Shown: positions 13,356-27,700 of the stretch, in pieces
How the letters are laid out: every line of letters starts with the position of its first letter
Position numbering within the stretch: the first letter of the stretch is position 1
DNA from: Octopus vulgaris
Lineage: Eukaryota
Reading direction: 5' to 3'
DNA length: 64,000 bases
NCBI GenBank assembly: GCA_951406725.2
Contig: OX597814.1
Coordinates: 145,204,001-145,268,000 of the forward strand
The notes under the pieces: generated by a model
The model's database searches: none
What the model was told of the DNA's origin: nothing
Seen by the model: only the letters and a program-made list of their open reading frames with translations
Translations under genes and position numbers: made by a program

Positions 13356-13559
13356 TAGAATATGTTTATATATGTACACACACACACACACGCACACACA
13401 TGGGTGTGTAATTGCTTCTGCCATGGCAATTTTGTGAAGACATTTGCTCTACAACCATGTGTTTCCTGGGTCAGACACTGGGAGTGATGCCTTGGGTATT
13501 GTTTCTACTATATGCTTGAATCTATTAAATTTTTGAAATCTGATACTGGGAATATTCCC

Positions 13560-13715
13560 GTTTTATTTGCTCTCGCCATCTATTTGCTCTTTTCACTCCT
13601 TACTTTAGAAGAGCGTACAGCTCGAAACAACCATTTTTCTTGAGTGTCAGATTAATATATCATGTTTGTTATTCCCTCACCTGTCTCTGTCGTTTGTTTT
13701 TTTGTATAATTTTTC
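13560..13715 (+). mobile_element. Decayed copy of hammerhead-bearing repeat shared with 53620-53795
   Basis: GAAGAGCGTACAGCTCGAAAC followed by GAGTGTCAGATTAATA...CACCTGTCT similar to 53676-53795. Confidence 0.5.
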
Positions 13716-13799
13716 ACTCCCCGACCCCGAAACATACACACGTGAGTATGTGTGTGTATCTATCAATGCATTGTCTATGGATGTGTCCGTTTGTGTATT

Positions 13800-14880
13800 G
13801 TTATAGAAAAGAGATATAGGAAAATTTCTGAGCCCATGCTAGCTGAAGAACGGCGTGGCTTTCGTTCTGGCCTCAGCACAAGCGACCAGCTAAATACTCT
13901 GCTTCAGGTCTTTGAGAAATTGTGAGAATATTGCTAGGAGTTGTACGCTTATAAGCCTTGAAAAGGCATACGACCATTGGATTAATGGGAAATTTCAAGT
14001 TGCTGTGAAATCCCTATACGAAAGCTCAAATGTTTGGGTTTCGATAAATCGTACTAAGCCAAAGCCTTTCAATGTGGTTAAGATCGCTCGGTTGATATTT
14101 GTAGACTATATGGCACTACTTGGTTTATCAGAAAGTGATGTCCACATGTACTAAATATGTTCACTGCCGAATGCTGCAATGCAGGAATGAGAATTAGTGT
14201 TGCGATGACTGAAATATGGGTCCTTTCAAGAATGTCTTCTCTGTGTCATGTGCTTGTTAGTGGAATATGACTGAGACCAGTGTAGAAGTTCCAGTATCTC
14301 GGGGCTTTATTCACGAGTGATGGGAAGCAGGAGGAGGATGGGTTGGATGCCAGAATTGCAAGTGCTGTTACGGTAATGTGCCAGCTATAGCATTCGAACC
14401 TCAGGAAAGGATCGAGTGGTAAAATAAACCCATCTTCAATTCAGTCTTCATGTCTTCCCATACCTATGGTTATAAATATTAGGAATTGACTGAAAAAGTA
14501 CGATCGCATATACAAGCAGTTGAATTGAGTTCCTCCGAAGGATTTCTGGATTAACGTTACTGAGCAGGGTGTTTGGCTGAAAGATCAGGGAGTCTTTTTT
14601 CGTCGAGCAACTACTTCACCGCATTGAGAAGTCACAGGTATTACAGACTCCTCATTAGAATATCGCAGGAAAGAATAGCAAAATGGATGGATTCTTCAGG
14701 CCGAGCCAATCGGCAGGTGATCTAGAAGTAGACCAAGAACCAAATGGCTGGAGATGATAATAACTGAAGACTCAGTTGATCACGCTTAAGAATCCACTCG
14801 GAATCTGTAATGGCTATTGCTTCTGATAGGACCAGTGAAGGAGGTACCTAAGAACTCTACCCCTTGAGCCTACCTCATAA
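13800..14880 (+). pseudogene. Decayed RTE-clade (Expander/Rex3-like) reverse transcriptase fragment
   Basis: Fragments EPMLAEERRGFRSGLSTSDQL, SLEKAYD, LIFVDYMALL, GMRISVAMTE, KFQYLGALFTSDGK, RPRTKWL with stops, frameshifts and deletions. Confidence 0.85.
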
Positions 14881-14960
14881 CAGTGGGCAGAGAAGATATA
14901 TGCATGTAAAGTATATGTGGGCACGTGTGTGAACGTGCATAGACCATTTTTTTTTTTTTT

Positions 14961-15476
14961 ACTTGAGGTCTTCCGCTAATTTTCTGCAAATATAACTCTA
15001 ATACATGTGGTGCTCTTTGCAATCTCCTATATAACCTGTCGGAACTAAGAAGAGGTGCTATGTGGTTTGTGAACAGGGAAGGTTTGCGACAACAAGAACA
15101 TTCTGCCAAAGAAATCTGCATCACCGTATTCCGCCTCACCATGTGAACACAGACAAGTATACATGCATACGACGATGATGCAATCTCTTCCACATGTGAC
15201 GGCACACCGAGACAATGTCGATTTTATGGAAAAAAAACATACAGAGATAATTTTGCTATAGTGATTAAATGTTTGTACTGTACATTCACTTTCTTCTTCC
15301 ACCAAATCGACATTGTCTGCAGAGATTCTCGGAGGAGTGAGGTCGGATAACGAAGACATCGCAGGGCAACGTGAAATAAAGTGATTTTTGATCAAGAATA
15401 TTACACCTTGCTCGGTCCGGGAATCAAAAACACGACTGCATGATTATGAAAGCAACACTCTAACAGCTAGGCTACT
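14961..15476 (-). mobile_element. Old tRNA-headed SINE-like repeat
   Basis: Minus-strand head TAGCCTAGCTGTTAGAGTG...TTGATTCCCGGACCG...TTCACGTTGC resembles the head at 32863; extent of body uncertain. Confidence 0.4.
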
Positions 15477-15518
15477 CTCCTTCACTGATATATAAATATA
15501 AATATATAAATATATATT

Positions 15519-15550
<32 letters not shown>

Positions 15551-15611
15551 CATATATTATATATATATATATATACACACATATATATATGTATATATAT
15601 ATGTATATATA

Positions 15612-15642
<31 letters not shown>

Positions 15643-15862
15643 GTATATATATATATGTATATATATATGTGTATATATATGTATATATGTATATATATGT
15701 GTATATATGTATATATATATGTATATATATATATATATATGTACAAACACCCTATCACCACATATATACACATGAATGTATGCATACAGATATATGTATA
15801 GACACACACATGTGAGTTGAGTTCATCGAAAATATCAGCTATAGGTATATATATTTCTATGC

Positions 15863-15910
<48 letters not shown>

Positions 15911-16676
15911 ATATATAAGTTTGCTAATATCATAAATGGACACCGAAATTATTTTAGAACTACTTTGAAATAGCAAACATATATTTTACAATGCCAGCTA
16001 TATATCTCAATGCATCGGATGTTCATAAAAATACAGTAGGTTCGAAAAAAAAAGAAAGACAATTACACGAACACAAAGATTACGCAATAAAACACAATAT
16101 AAATCACAATCCTCCATAAATGTGCAGTAAATATTTCCTGATCGGAAGTGAGGCATAATCTTAAAACATCGGTGTAAAGTAATTCATATTAATTTATTCT
16201 CAGAGACATTTTATCTCCCTGTAATTCATTTGTAGTTTCTGGGGAAAAAAAGCAACAAAAAATCGTTAATGAAAAAGAAAAAAAAATTGATGGTTTACAC
16301 GTTGTATAATACTTCATAGAGAGCTTTAGTTATTCGGGAAATAATTTTGTTGGGATTTAAATACTTATTGATTTATGTATAAAAGGCAAAAGAGCTCCCA
16401 TTAAGAAGAAAGTTGTAAAAATAGCTGCCAACTGTTAAATAATGAGATATATGCGAGCGACATAAAAAAAAAATGAAGTGTACTTCTAAATTGCTGAGTG
16501 ATTTCGAAGTGTATGGTTTAAAGTTCCAATTGTTGTACGGAGCTGCATTAGAGAGCAAGATACACATCTATCGTTTCTCACCAAGAGAAATACTTAACAT
16601 GACATCAACCATAACTCTAGTTTTCCTAGAGTAGATAGGAGAAGCATATCATACTAGTCACTGATTATGATATAGC

Positions 16677-16758
<82 letters not shown>

Positions 16759-17171
16759 TATATGTGTGTGTGTGTATGTATGTACACAGACAAACATATA
16801 ATATATACTTTTATTCTTTTATTCTTTTATATATTTCAGCCCAAAGGCTGTGGCCAAGCTGAGGCACCGTCAGTGTAATCACATTTTCAATGGCCACTCT
16901 TTTGCTATTGGCTTTTGGTGAAGGAGAGAGTTCGATACTGCTTGAATCCCAAGCTATTGCAGTAGAAATGTCTATGCACATTCAAATTTCTTGAATATTT
17001 CTTCGATTCTGTTTGTTGCCAGGAACGACAAGTTAATGTTAACTTATGACTGAATTGTGTTCTGATGTAGTTATCAATCATACATATATTCAATCAACGA
17101 TGTTTAGACACAAAAATAAACATGGCCCTTTCTCAGAAATACTAAATGTAGATATATTTACGAGATGGTAT

Positions 17172-17246
<75 letters not shown>

Positions 17247-17247
<1 letters not shown>

Positions 17248-18534
17248 GAGATTGTATCATAAGTTTCCAGGAGTAGCTATGTTTAATAAAAAATTTACTT
17301 ATTTACCTAAGTTTTAACATCATAACCTTCAAAACAGTCACCTTGGGCAGCAATACACCGATCCCAGCGTTCCTGCCACTTTTGAAAGTCGTTTTCTGTA
17401 AGCAAGTCCAGAACCTTCTGCGATTCGCTCTAGACCTCGACAACGGTGTTAAAACGGTAACCATTGAGCTGTCTTTTCATCTTAGGGAAGAGACGAAAGT
17501 CCGCAGATGCTAGATCTGGCCAATCTGTGGAAAAGATACCATATTATTTTTGTTGAGAAGCTCACGAGGGAGGAGAATTCGGTGACACGATGCGTTGTCG
17601 CCGTGAAGAGCCCAATTCTTAGAGTTCCACGGATCCGATCGCTCTCGCCTAATGTTCGCCTTAAAACGCTTTAAAACGTCGCAGTAAAACTCTCAATCTA
17701 CGGTCTGGCTCTGGTTGACAAATACTTTGTGCACAATACCGCGGATGTCGAAAAATAAATGAGCATGCTCCTGATTTAACTGTGGTGCTATCATACCCTC
17801 TTTGGTCATGGAGACGAATGGTTCTTCCATTGTGAAGACTGCTGTTTCGTCTCAGCGTCGTACCTGTAGACCCAGCTCTCGTTACCAGTGATAATGGTCG
17901 ACATGATGGTCATCAATGGCACACTGACGGAGATCGACCTTGATGGACTTCGACGCGATGTTCACTCGGCTCTGAGGTCAGCTGTCAGAAAGAAAACTTG
18001 GCAGAGATATGCTGCATGTTCATTTCAGACGTTAGGATTGCATGCACGGAACCATATGACAAACTAACATCATCAATGTCGTTGATTGTCCTCTGACGAT
18101 CCTCATGCACAAGCTGATGAAGCTTCTCCCCATTTCCCGGGGTGACAATCGTCGCGGGTTTTCAAGATGGCTCATCATCTTTCGGGGACGTTCTTCCGCT
18201 TTTAAAACTCCCGTTCCACTCGAAACATTGCGTACAACTGAATGCCACATTGCCGTAAGCTTAATGTCTCTGTAGCAGGCTTAATGTCTCTGTAGCAGGC
18301 TTCCCAAGTTTAACGAAACATTTTACGTTGGTTCTTTGTTACAACTTCCTGTCCATGACAAAATCGCAGACTACACCATACACGTGATCACAAATATACT
18401 TGCGAGGTGAATACAGCGATACCACTCGGCACACTGCATCATACAAATTACTGCTAGCTCACACTGTGCACGCAACCGTGTGCTGTCATCTGTTGGCTAC
18501 AGAACTATCTCAGGAACCTTATGACACAACGTGG
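17247..18534 (-). mobile_element. Full-length defective mariner (Tc1/mariner) transposon
   Basis: About 1.29 kb, imperfect TIRs (CGAGATTGTATCATAAGTTTCC / GGAACCTTATGACACAACGTGG) next to TA; motifs IITGNESWVYRYDAETKQQSSQW, FFDIRGIVH, LHGDNASCH, WPDLASADFRLFPKMK; stops and a 20-bp tandem duplication near 18259-18302. Confidence 0.92.
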
Positions 18535-18540
18535 TATATA

Positions 18541-18698
<158 letters not shown>

Positions 18699-19071
18699 TT
18701 GTATGTACATATACATAATACATACTTATAAATAAAAGGAAAATCACTAGATGGCTTCCTAACATGCTAGAAATTGACGCCAAATCGTCTTACCACGAAG
18801 AATATGTTCTCAAAATTAACCTACGCTAGATGTTTGCGAGCACTATGTGATGACCATGTCTGAGAACAGTAATCTAGGCGACTGAGAATAAATGTTCTCT
18901 ACGTGGTCAGCATAAGTTCTTAGTCTCTTGTCATGAAGAACCTTGGCATCCATCATGTCAGTCGTCTGCACTTTGATGTCATCGTGGTAATGTACATATG
19001 AAAAAACGGTGCATCATAAAACATGTTGTCATATACTGGTCTATCTATCTCTCTATCTCTCTATCTCTCTC

Positions 19072-19104
<33 letters not shown>

Positions 19105-19627
19105 GTATCTATCTATCTATCTATATATATATATATATATATCTTGAATGATTTATACAGGAGACAGAGTGTACTCGAAGCTTTCTTTAGCACAACCATC
19201 GTTTCGGTTTACTTCTGCATTGCTCCCTTGTGGTAGGGTAAGGATCGCTGTGCTTATTAAAGTTTCCAAAACACACTCTGTCTTCTCTATCAATTATCTA
19301 AAATATACTAAACATGCACCGAGTAATTCCTTACGTAGATCCTACGACAAAAGTGCAGTACCGCGAATGACACCTGGTAGCCGTAAATGGTGAATGCGCT
19401 CTCAAACCACACTACTAAGGAATATTCAAAACAAGGTTTGGATACTATACTTTAAAGTCTCTTATCGAAACTTTAATTTTAAATATATATAAGGCAGTGC
19501 TCCAGCACGGCCAAAGTCAAAAATTACTGAAACAAGTAAAAAGACTAAAAGAATAGAATATGTGTATGTATGTGTGTGTATGTGTGTTTGTATGTATATG
19601 TGCGATTTTTATATGCATATGTATATT

Positions 19628-19696
<69 letters not shown>

Positions 19697-19705
19697 ACAT
19701 ATATG

Positions 19706-19762
<57 letters not shown>

Positions 19763-19764
19763 CG

Positions 19765-20140
19765 AGCATAGGAGTGGCTGTGTGGTAAGATGCTTGCTTA
19801 CAAACCACATGGTTCCGGGTTCCGTCCCACTGCGTGGCACCTTGGGCAAGTGTCTTCTACTATAGCCTCGGGCCGACCAAACCCTAGTGAGTAGATTTGG
19901 TAGACGGAAAGTGAAAGAAGCCCGTCGTATATGTATGTGTGTGTATAAGTTTGTGTGTCTGTGTTTGTCCCGCTAACATCACTTGACAGCCGAAGCTGAT
20001 GTGTTTAACTTAGCGGTTCGGCAAAAGGGACAGATAGAATAAGCACTAGGCTTACAAAGAATAAGTCCTAGGGTCGATTTGCTCGACTAAAGGCGGTGCT
20101 CCAGCATGGCCACAGTCAGGTGACTGAAACAATTAAAAGA
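19765..20140 (+). mobile_element. SINE family A
   Basis: Matches other copies; an isolated tail also at 19491-19558. Confidence 0.9.
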
Positions 20141-20186
20141 TAGGGTTAAAGTGAGTATATATATATATACATATATGTATATATAT

Positions 20187-20251
<65 letters not shown>

Positions 20252-21199
20252 CATACATACATATATGTATGTATATATGTATATATACATATGTATATAT
20301 ACATATGTATATATATATATATATATATACATATATGTGTGTGTGAGTGAATATAAAATAACAAAACGTTCGACCGTTTACAAACGCTTTCTTGGATAAT
20401 ATATCTTTCTTTTAACTGACTAAACACCAACAATGATATATAATGAAATATATAGTTCATTGTCTGTCTGAAATGGAAACTATTTGTTAACCCTTTTGAC
20501 TACCGATCGTGAAGAGTGAGTACCACGCTTTTACACCATTCGTAGCAACTAGTAGTAGCAATTAACTCAATGATTTTCATGATTTGATGCACCGAATGAT
20601 ATACTCTCCTTGACATATTTTATAATTATATTTGAGCAGAATGTGAAAAGTATCCGCAACAATATTAAAATAAGTTGAATGCAACATATTAAAATGGAGT
20701 CTAGAATGTTTAATTTGACATTCAAACCAAGAAAAATTAATCAGCACAGATACAAAGAACATTATGTGAAGCAGCACCTAAATGGTAACTGAAGTCGATA
20801 CAAAGATCAGAATTATAATTTTCGTTTTTAAGAACGAAATTCTTTTTCATTTAATGGCTCTGTTTCATTATTTCTTTTCATAATTTACATAATTTACATT
20901 GTCTTTTTCGTAATTTCTTTTCAGAATCTATATTTTTGTTCAAATTCTTCTTTTTTTATACTTTATTATAATTTTTTAAAAAATTTAGTGATGAAAGATT
21001 TGAATGTAGCATGACGACACATTAACAAAGTTACCGTATAACATTTTCAGTTCTCATACTTTTGTAAAAATTCCGCGAGTCAAGAACAAGCTTCTATACA
21101 ATCACACAAACTGAAAGAAATAGCAGTCAAATTTCGGTCAATTGAAATTTTACTGTTTTAACAAATATAGCAAAAGTTAAAAAAAATAAGAAAGTAAAT

Positions 21200-21290
21200 T
21201 CTTTCCTACTCTAGGCTCAAGGCCCGAAATTTTGGAAGAGGGGACCAGTCAATTAGATCGACCCCAGTACGCAACTGATATTTAATTTAT
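21200..21290 (-). mobile_element. SINE family B 3' fragment
   Basis: CTAGGCTCAAGGCCCGAAATTTTGG...GATCGACCCCAGTACGCAACTG; similar to 49973-50114. Confidence 0.7.
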
Positions 21291-21393
21291 TGCATCGCTA
21301 ATATTTTTATTGTAGAGTCACTATTTTGATGCTGATGAATTAAGGCTGGACCATTTGGTTCCCATTAACAGCCGGTTGATAGAGAGCTGTCAT

Positions 21394-21434
21394 CTTCCCG
21401 ATGATTTTACTATGTAGGTGAAACTTTGTAGCAG
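21394..21434 (+). ncRNA. Decayed minimal hammerhead-like motif
   Basis: CTTC-CCGATGA-T-TTTAC-TAT-GTAGG-T-GAAAC-TTT-GTA/GCAG; same layout as 9846-9892 with one core mutation. Confidence 0.4.
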
Positions 21435-22191
21435 CACATGCAGAAAGTATTAACGAGACTCTGCTTGTCCATTGCGATAGTGCACAAACTCCATTGCATA
21501 TTTCTCTCACTACTTACAATATATCCATCGACGCAAGTTCCTACCTACCTACCTACCTAACCGTCGATTTGCATACATACATGCATATATGTACGCATTC
21601 ATACATATGAATATAGAGGCATGTATGTGTGTATTGTTGTGTTGTACTGGTATATATTATCTAATAGTTTAATGGAAGAATAACTCGAAGCATTGACTGA
21701 AAAGTCAATACTAGTATGTAGGTTAATTATACAGTAAATATAAATATAATTAAAACATTTATATTTTTGCACTTAAACATGTACTCAATAGCATAATGTG
21801 TTCGAGAAGAAAGAATTAGATGTGTAGATACTACATATATATGTACGTGTATATGTATGTGCATGTGTTTGCATATATATATATATTTGCATATATATAT
21901 ATATATATATGCGTGTGTGTGTATGTATATGTATGTGTAAATATATATATATATGTATACACATATATATATATATATATGTGTGTATATATGTATGTAA
22001 GTATATATATATATATATATACAAAGTATGGGGGTTTAGTTCACAGGTGATCCAAACGGTTAGGTACGCTAGGTAATTACTGTAACGGATTACTAGGGTT
22101 CCAACGTTATAGCCGAGACGGTAGTTATGGAACGATTGCAAATTTCCGCAGCAGCGGAATATATTTCCCCTATTTCTCATTTTCCCAATTT

Positions 22192-22230
22192 GACTCTGAT
22201 GACGGAATATCGCAGGAACACTTGTAAGAC
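22192..22230 (+). ncRNA. Decayed hammerhead-like motif
   Basis: CTGATGACGGAATATCGCAGGAACACTTGTA/AGAC; homologue of 10334-10389 including downstream flank. Confidence 0.4.
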
Positions 22231-22365
22231 TTTCAACTTTTTCCAATGATAATAATGTATATAACTTGAGATGTTTGCCTTGCCTAAACGTTTGTTGTCC
22301 TCTTTAACAATTATACATACATGCATACATACATACATACATACATACATACATACATACATACA

Positions 22366-22396
<31 letters not shown>

Positions 22397-22464
22397 CTGT
22401 ATAATCTGTATTAGGCAGTCATCGTAATTGTTATAATATCTTGTTGTTGAGATAGGCTCTCTTT

Positions 22465-22547
22465 CTTTCCGGATGAGAAGATTGCATTTTACACAGTTTA
22501 TTCCTTTGGAATAAAACCAATGTTGTCTTCGAAACATATGTCGAAAG
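22465..22547 (+). ncRNA. Type I hammerhead motif with one core mutation
   Basis: CTTTC-CGGATGA-GAAGA...TCTTC-GAAACATATGTC/GAAAG: perfect stems I and II, palindromic stem III, U4 changed to G; relative of 54191-54275. Confidence 0.65.
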
Positions 22548-22590
22548 TAAAAGAATTTTAATAACATCTTCGTTCAACTCCATTTATCTA

Positions 22591-22638
<48 letters not shown>

Positions 22639-23874
22639 TTTGGCTTAACTAAACTTAACTAATCATTAATTTACGTTTCGATTTTCAGATAACGTTAAAA
22701 TTTTGAGGTTACTTCCGGTATCGTTTGTGCACGCGGGATGCGAAACCGGTGAGAAGGCTTACTGAAATATTAAGCTCCTAATAAATAAATATGATAAAAT
22801 ACTATTTCTCATGATTTGTACCCAAGCATAATTATATACACACACGTGTGAGTATGTGTATTTAAGCGTCGTAATGCATGTAAGCTTATATGTATATGTA
22901 TGTATCTTTCTGCATGCATTTTACTATCTTAGTTATTTGATAGTCTAAAATGACTGAGAAGAGGGAACATCACGTTCAGCAATAAGCTATCTACACAAAA
23001 ATCTCCAATTCACAATTTTAGTGTCAATATGATATTTTCACAGATTTGTAGTACCCCACCACCGTTAGCTGATAACTTTATATGCTAAACCCATCAGAAA
23101 ACTGGCAGGAAATGGTGAAATTTATGTGTATGTTCGATAGATTTTCTATAATGATAATAAATATTTATTTTCGCAAGTGCTAAGTGATGGCTGCAGTTTT
23201 GATTTCTTTACTTGTTTTAAATCGATCAATCCAAAGAGAAGATGGGTTCCACTATTACAAAGTATTAGCAACTTTCTGATTTAATTTAACTATAGGATGA
23301 TAAGTCTAGTTTAATAAAGACCTGCAGAGTGCTACTTTGATAAAGGAAACATGTGAGGCGAACAGTGGCGCGGTAAGTGGTTTATAAATTATATATTTTC
23401 CTGGATTCTAGCATGAATACATGATATATATGCAAGCATACATACATAAATACGTACATGCAAAAACATATGTAAAGACGAGTATATATATATAAATACA
23501 TATATATATGTATATATGTATATAAATGCACACACATATACATATCTATCTATCTATCTTTACATACATACATAATACATACATACATACATACATACAT
23601 ACATACATACATACATACATACATACGTACATACATACATAGTTTACTGTTCCGTTCAAGTGAGATCAACAGAAAAGTATTCCATCCAGTCATGGGCCTA
23701 AGAACAGTGGGTGCCGGGGTACAAGCCCATCTCCTAAAATTTTTAGGGGATGCAAAATCAAACTTTGCGCACCTACTTACTTCTCTCAGGTTAAAAAAAT
23801 TGCGCAAAAAGTGATCTGCAGAAAGTAACTTGAAGTTAGGTTAGGGTATTGATAGAAATATAACAATATATATA

Positions 23875-24012
23875 TACGACGGGCTTCTTTCAGTTTTCGT
23901 CTACCAAATTCACTCAGAATCCGTTCAGAAGACCTTACCTAAGGTGCCGCGCAGGAGGAATGAAACCGGAACTGTGTGGCTGGGAAGAAAGCTTCGTACC
24001 AGACAGCCACTA
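23875..24012 (-). mobile_element. SINE family A 5' half, diverged
   Basis: TACGACGGGCTTCTTTCAGTTTTCGTCTACCAAAT...ACAGCCAC. Confidence 0.75.
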
Positions 24013-24196
24013 CCATACATACACACTATTATACCATTGAGAATATTTGTACATATGCATATGCGTATGTGTGTGTGTGTGTATGCGTGCGTTTGTGTAA
24101 GCGTGTGCGAACGTGTTTGATTTCGTTGGGGGGTCACTGCTAGGATACTGGGTGTCTCACTCCGGCATTTATTGTGTTTTTGACACACCACGTCCA

Positions 24197-24526
24197 CCAA
24201 GAGATTTTCTCTTTATCAAAAAAACACCGCATCGTTCCTGTAGACGTTGTATACACGTAAAGCATGTATATATGTTAAGCAAGGTGCAGAGATAGTTACG
24301 ATTATTCAACATACACCGACGACTCCCCACATTACTAGTGATATGTATTGTTCACTGTTTTCCAAGAGATTTTCTCTTTATCAAAAAAACACCGCATCGT
24401 TCCTGTAGACGTTGTATACACGTAAAGCATGTATATATGTTAAGCAAGGTGCAGAGATAGTTACGATTATTCAACATACACCGACGACTCCCCACATTAC
24501 TAGTGATATGTGTTGTTCACTGTTTT
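24197..24526. repeat. 165-bp tandem duplication
   Basis: 24197-24361 and 24362-24526 identical except one position seen (TATTG/TGTTG). Confidence 0.9.
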
Positions 24527-24719
24527 CGTTATATCAAGGAGTAGGGAATCAGATTTCGTCTATGCATGTGACTCGATATGCTTATGAAAATATTCTCTCA
24601 TTCAAAGATAGCAGAATCGTACCTGTCGACGGTGTATATATGTTAAGTATGCATATATGCATGTATATCATTATTTATATTATATACATATATATAGATA
24701 CTTACACACACACACACAT

Positions 24720-24780
<61 letters not shown>

Positions 24781-24783
<3 letters not shown>

Positions 24784-27700
24784 CAGCTGCATCCTCGTTA
24801 CACGAGAAAAGCCATTGCCAAGAAGACTTACTGAAATGATTCATGATTGTTGCCATTTGATGCTCTTATATGAATTTTAAGCCCGGCCAAGTTTTTACAC
24901 ATTTTATTACATACTAGACAATTGTGCTGGCTGGCAGGAGGAACAGGTGCCACCATATGCACGCTCTTAACATGTGCTTTTAGACCTCCAATTGAAAGGT
25001 ACACCCTTCCACATTTTACACACGTTCACTTATGAATTTTAATAGCCACATCATTTCTTATCATGGGTCGATTTCTATGAGAATTTTGATTGCTCACCAG
25101 GCCTGCACAACTCAAACACCTCCGCCCACAAACCACGCATATAAAAAGCAACACTCACTTTCCACGGGTTCCCCTTTCTAAGCCCCCTCCTAATTCTCTC
25201 ATACTTCACTCTCTTCCTCTCAAACCTTGAACAACCATTATGCGCTATATTCTACCATCCATCACGGTCTTGTGCCTCCCTCTCCCCATAACCAGCCCTC
25301 AAGCACCTCCACATTACTAATGGCCATTTTCCAGTTTATCCCCAAAATTTTTCTCAGGCAGTATTGATGAAATCGTTCTAATTGCCTTACCTACCTACGG
25401 TAAACAACCCATGTCTCATTTCCATATAGTAAAGATGGGAGGACGCATGTGTTATATACCTTAACTTTAATTTGTGAAGATATATTATGTTGTTTCTACA
25501 GACGCCTATCAAGCCTACCAAACGCACTACTAGCCCTGCTGATTCTGTATGAAATTTCATCATCAAGACCAGCAGTGCTCATGGTGCTTCCTAAATAAAT
25601 AAATCTAGGCACAGTCTCCAACCTTTGACCATTCACAGTTATAAAAAATTCCACATACATCTTGGAGGGAGCGAGCTGGTACATTATAACAGTTTTTTTA
25701 GATTGATTGTTAGACCCAACACTGCACATACTGCAGAAATCGCATTCATCATGTGCTGCATATCTTTCTGGGAATGAGCCGACAGGTCACAATCATCTGT
25801 ATACGGAAACTCAACAGTGTGAGAATGCAGAACTTTCGTTTTGGCACAGAGTTTTTCGAGATTGGACAATTTTACTGTTGTCCTATATCTTATATAGACC
25901 CCTTCAGGGCAATCTTTAAAAGCTATTTGAAAGACTATTGCGAATTATATAGCAAATAGTGTAGGAGCAGGAATATCACCTTGCTTTACACCATTTTCTA
26001 CAGAAACTGGATCTGATAAGGAACCTCCAACATTAACTCTCACTTCCATCTTGTCATGAAATTGCCTAAGCGCTCTCACAAATTTTTCAGGGCATCCTAG
26101 CTTTTTTAGGATTTCCCAAAGTGCAATTCTATTGATAGAACCAAACGCTTTTGTTAGATCAATGAAAACCTGGTATAAGTCCATATCCTGTTCGATGCAC
26201 TTCTTTTGCAACTGTCTAGCGGAAAATATCATATCCATAGTACTCCTACTATCCCTAAACCCACATTGCGATTCTGTTAGAACCTCATCAGCAGAAGCAA
26301 TCTCTTCAGCATTACCCAACAGAGGACCTTTCCAGCAACAGCTAACAGACAGATGCCGCGATAATTATCACATACATCCTTTCCACCTTTATATTTATAT
26401 AGTATCTCCATAGTTGCATCACGCCAATCCAGAGGAACCTCTTTCCTTTACCAAACCCTCTGAATCACATCCGTCAACATTGCACAAAGATGATCACCAC
26501 CATATTTATATATCTCTGCACCTAGTCCATCCATACTAGGGGCCTTTCCAATGTTTAATTTCCTGATTGCAGCTTTTATTTCAGCCAGGTTTGGAACTTC
26601 TGCTATAAAATGTTTTATTGGTCTCTCGGGTATATTATCAAGAAAAGAGAGATCAACTTCAGTGGGCCTATTGAGCAACTCATCAAAATGTTCTTTCCAT
26701 CTATCAGCAATATCTTTAGGATTTGTTAATAATTCTGTGCCATCCTTGCTCCGGAGTGGCGCAACCTTTGATAAAACTAGTCCATTACTTTTTTCAAGAG
26801 AGAGTAAAAAAGTATGGATTTGTTAGCATTTGAAGCTTCTTGGATTTCATCGCATCTATCACTCCACCAATTTTCCTGCATCATCCGTAGCTTCCTATGC
26901 ACTGTTGCTTTTACTGCCTTGAAATATGTGGCCACTGTCCTATTCCTTGACAAGTCAACATTTTGCGACATGTTCAATGCTTTTCTTTCTCCTCTAAGAT
27001 AAAATTAACTTCATCATTATCGTCAAACGAAAGCCAAGAATGTTACTACAAATCTCGTACGCTCTTTCTTTGAATGACTTCCCGCTTCTGTCACAGGACA
27101 AATTATTCATCTCACTCACAAACTCACTGCGTAGTGATGGAACATTAAGTTTACTGACATCAATCCGTTTAACTACTTTGTCATTGTTTGCTCTAACCTG
27201 AGGCTTGACAACAAGAATTCACCTTGGCACGCAAAAGCCTATGATCAGTCCAGCACTCTGCACCACGCATCACTCGTACAATAGCAAAGTCGCTAGTATC
27301 TCGTTTCCTGCTGAGGATGTAATCTATAAGATGCCATCTCTTGGAACCAGGGTGTTTCCATGTCGTTTTATACTTATTCTTTAGTCGAAACATTGTATTC
27401 ATGACACAAATCCATTTCTACACATATTTGTAACAGTAGCAAACAATTACTGTTGGAACTGCCAACATCATGATTTCCTAGGACACACCAAGTCTCCCAA
27501 TCTGCACCAACGTGTGCATTAAAATTACCCAAATTGAAAACTTTGTCATCATGGGGGATATTGCGTATAAACTCTGTAAGTGAGAGATAGAAGGCAAGTT
27601 TATCATCCTCTGATGAATTCATAGTTGTAGCATATGAATGTTGCGTAGCGTCTTTTTCTTAATGCAGTCTTAAAGACATTAAGCAATCCGAATGACCACA

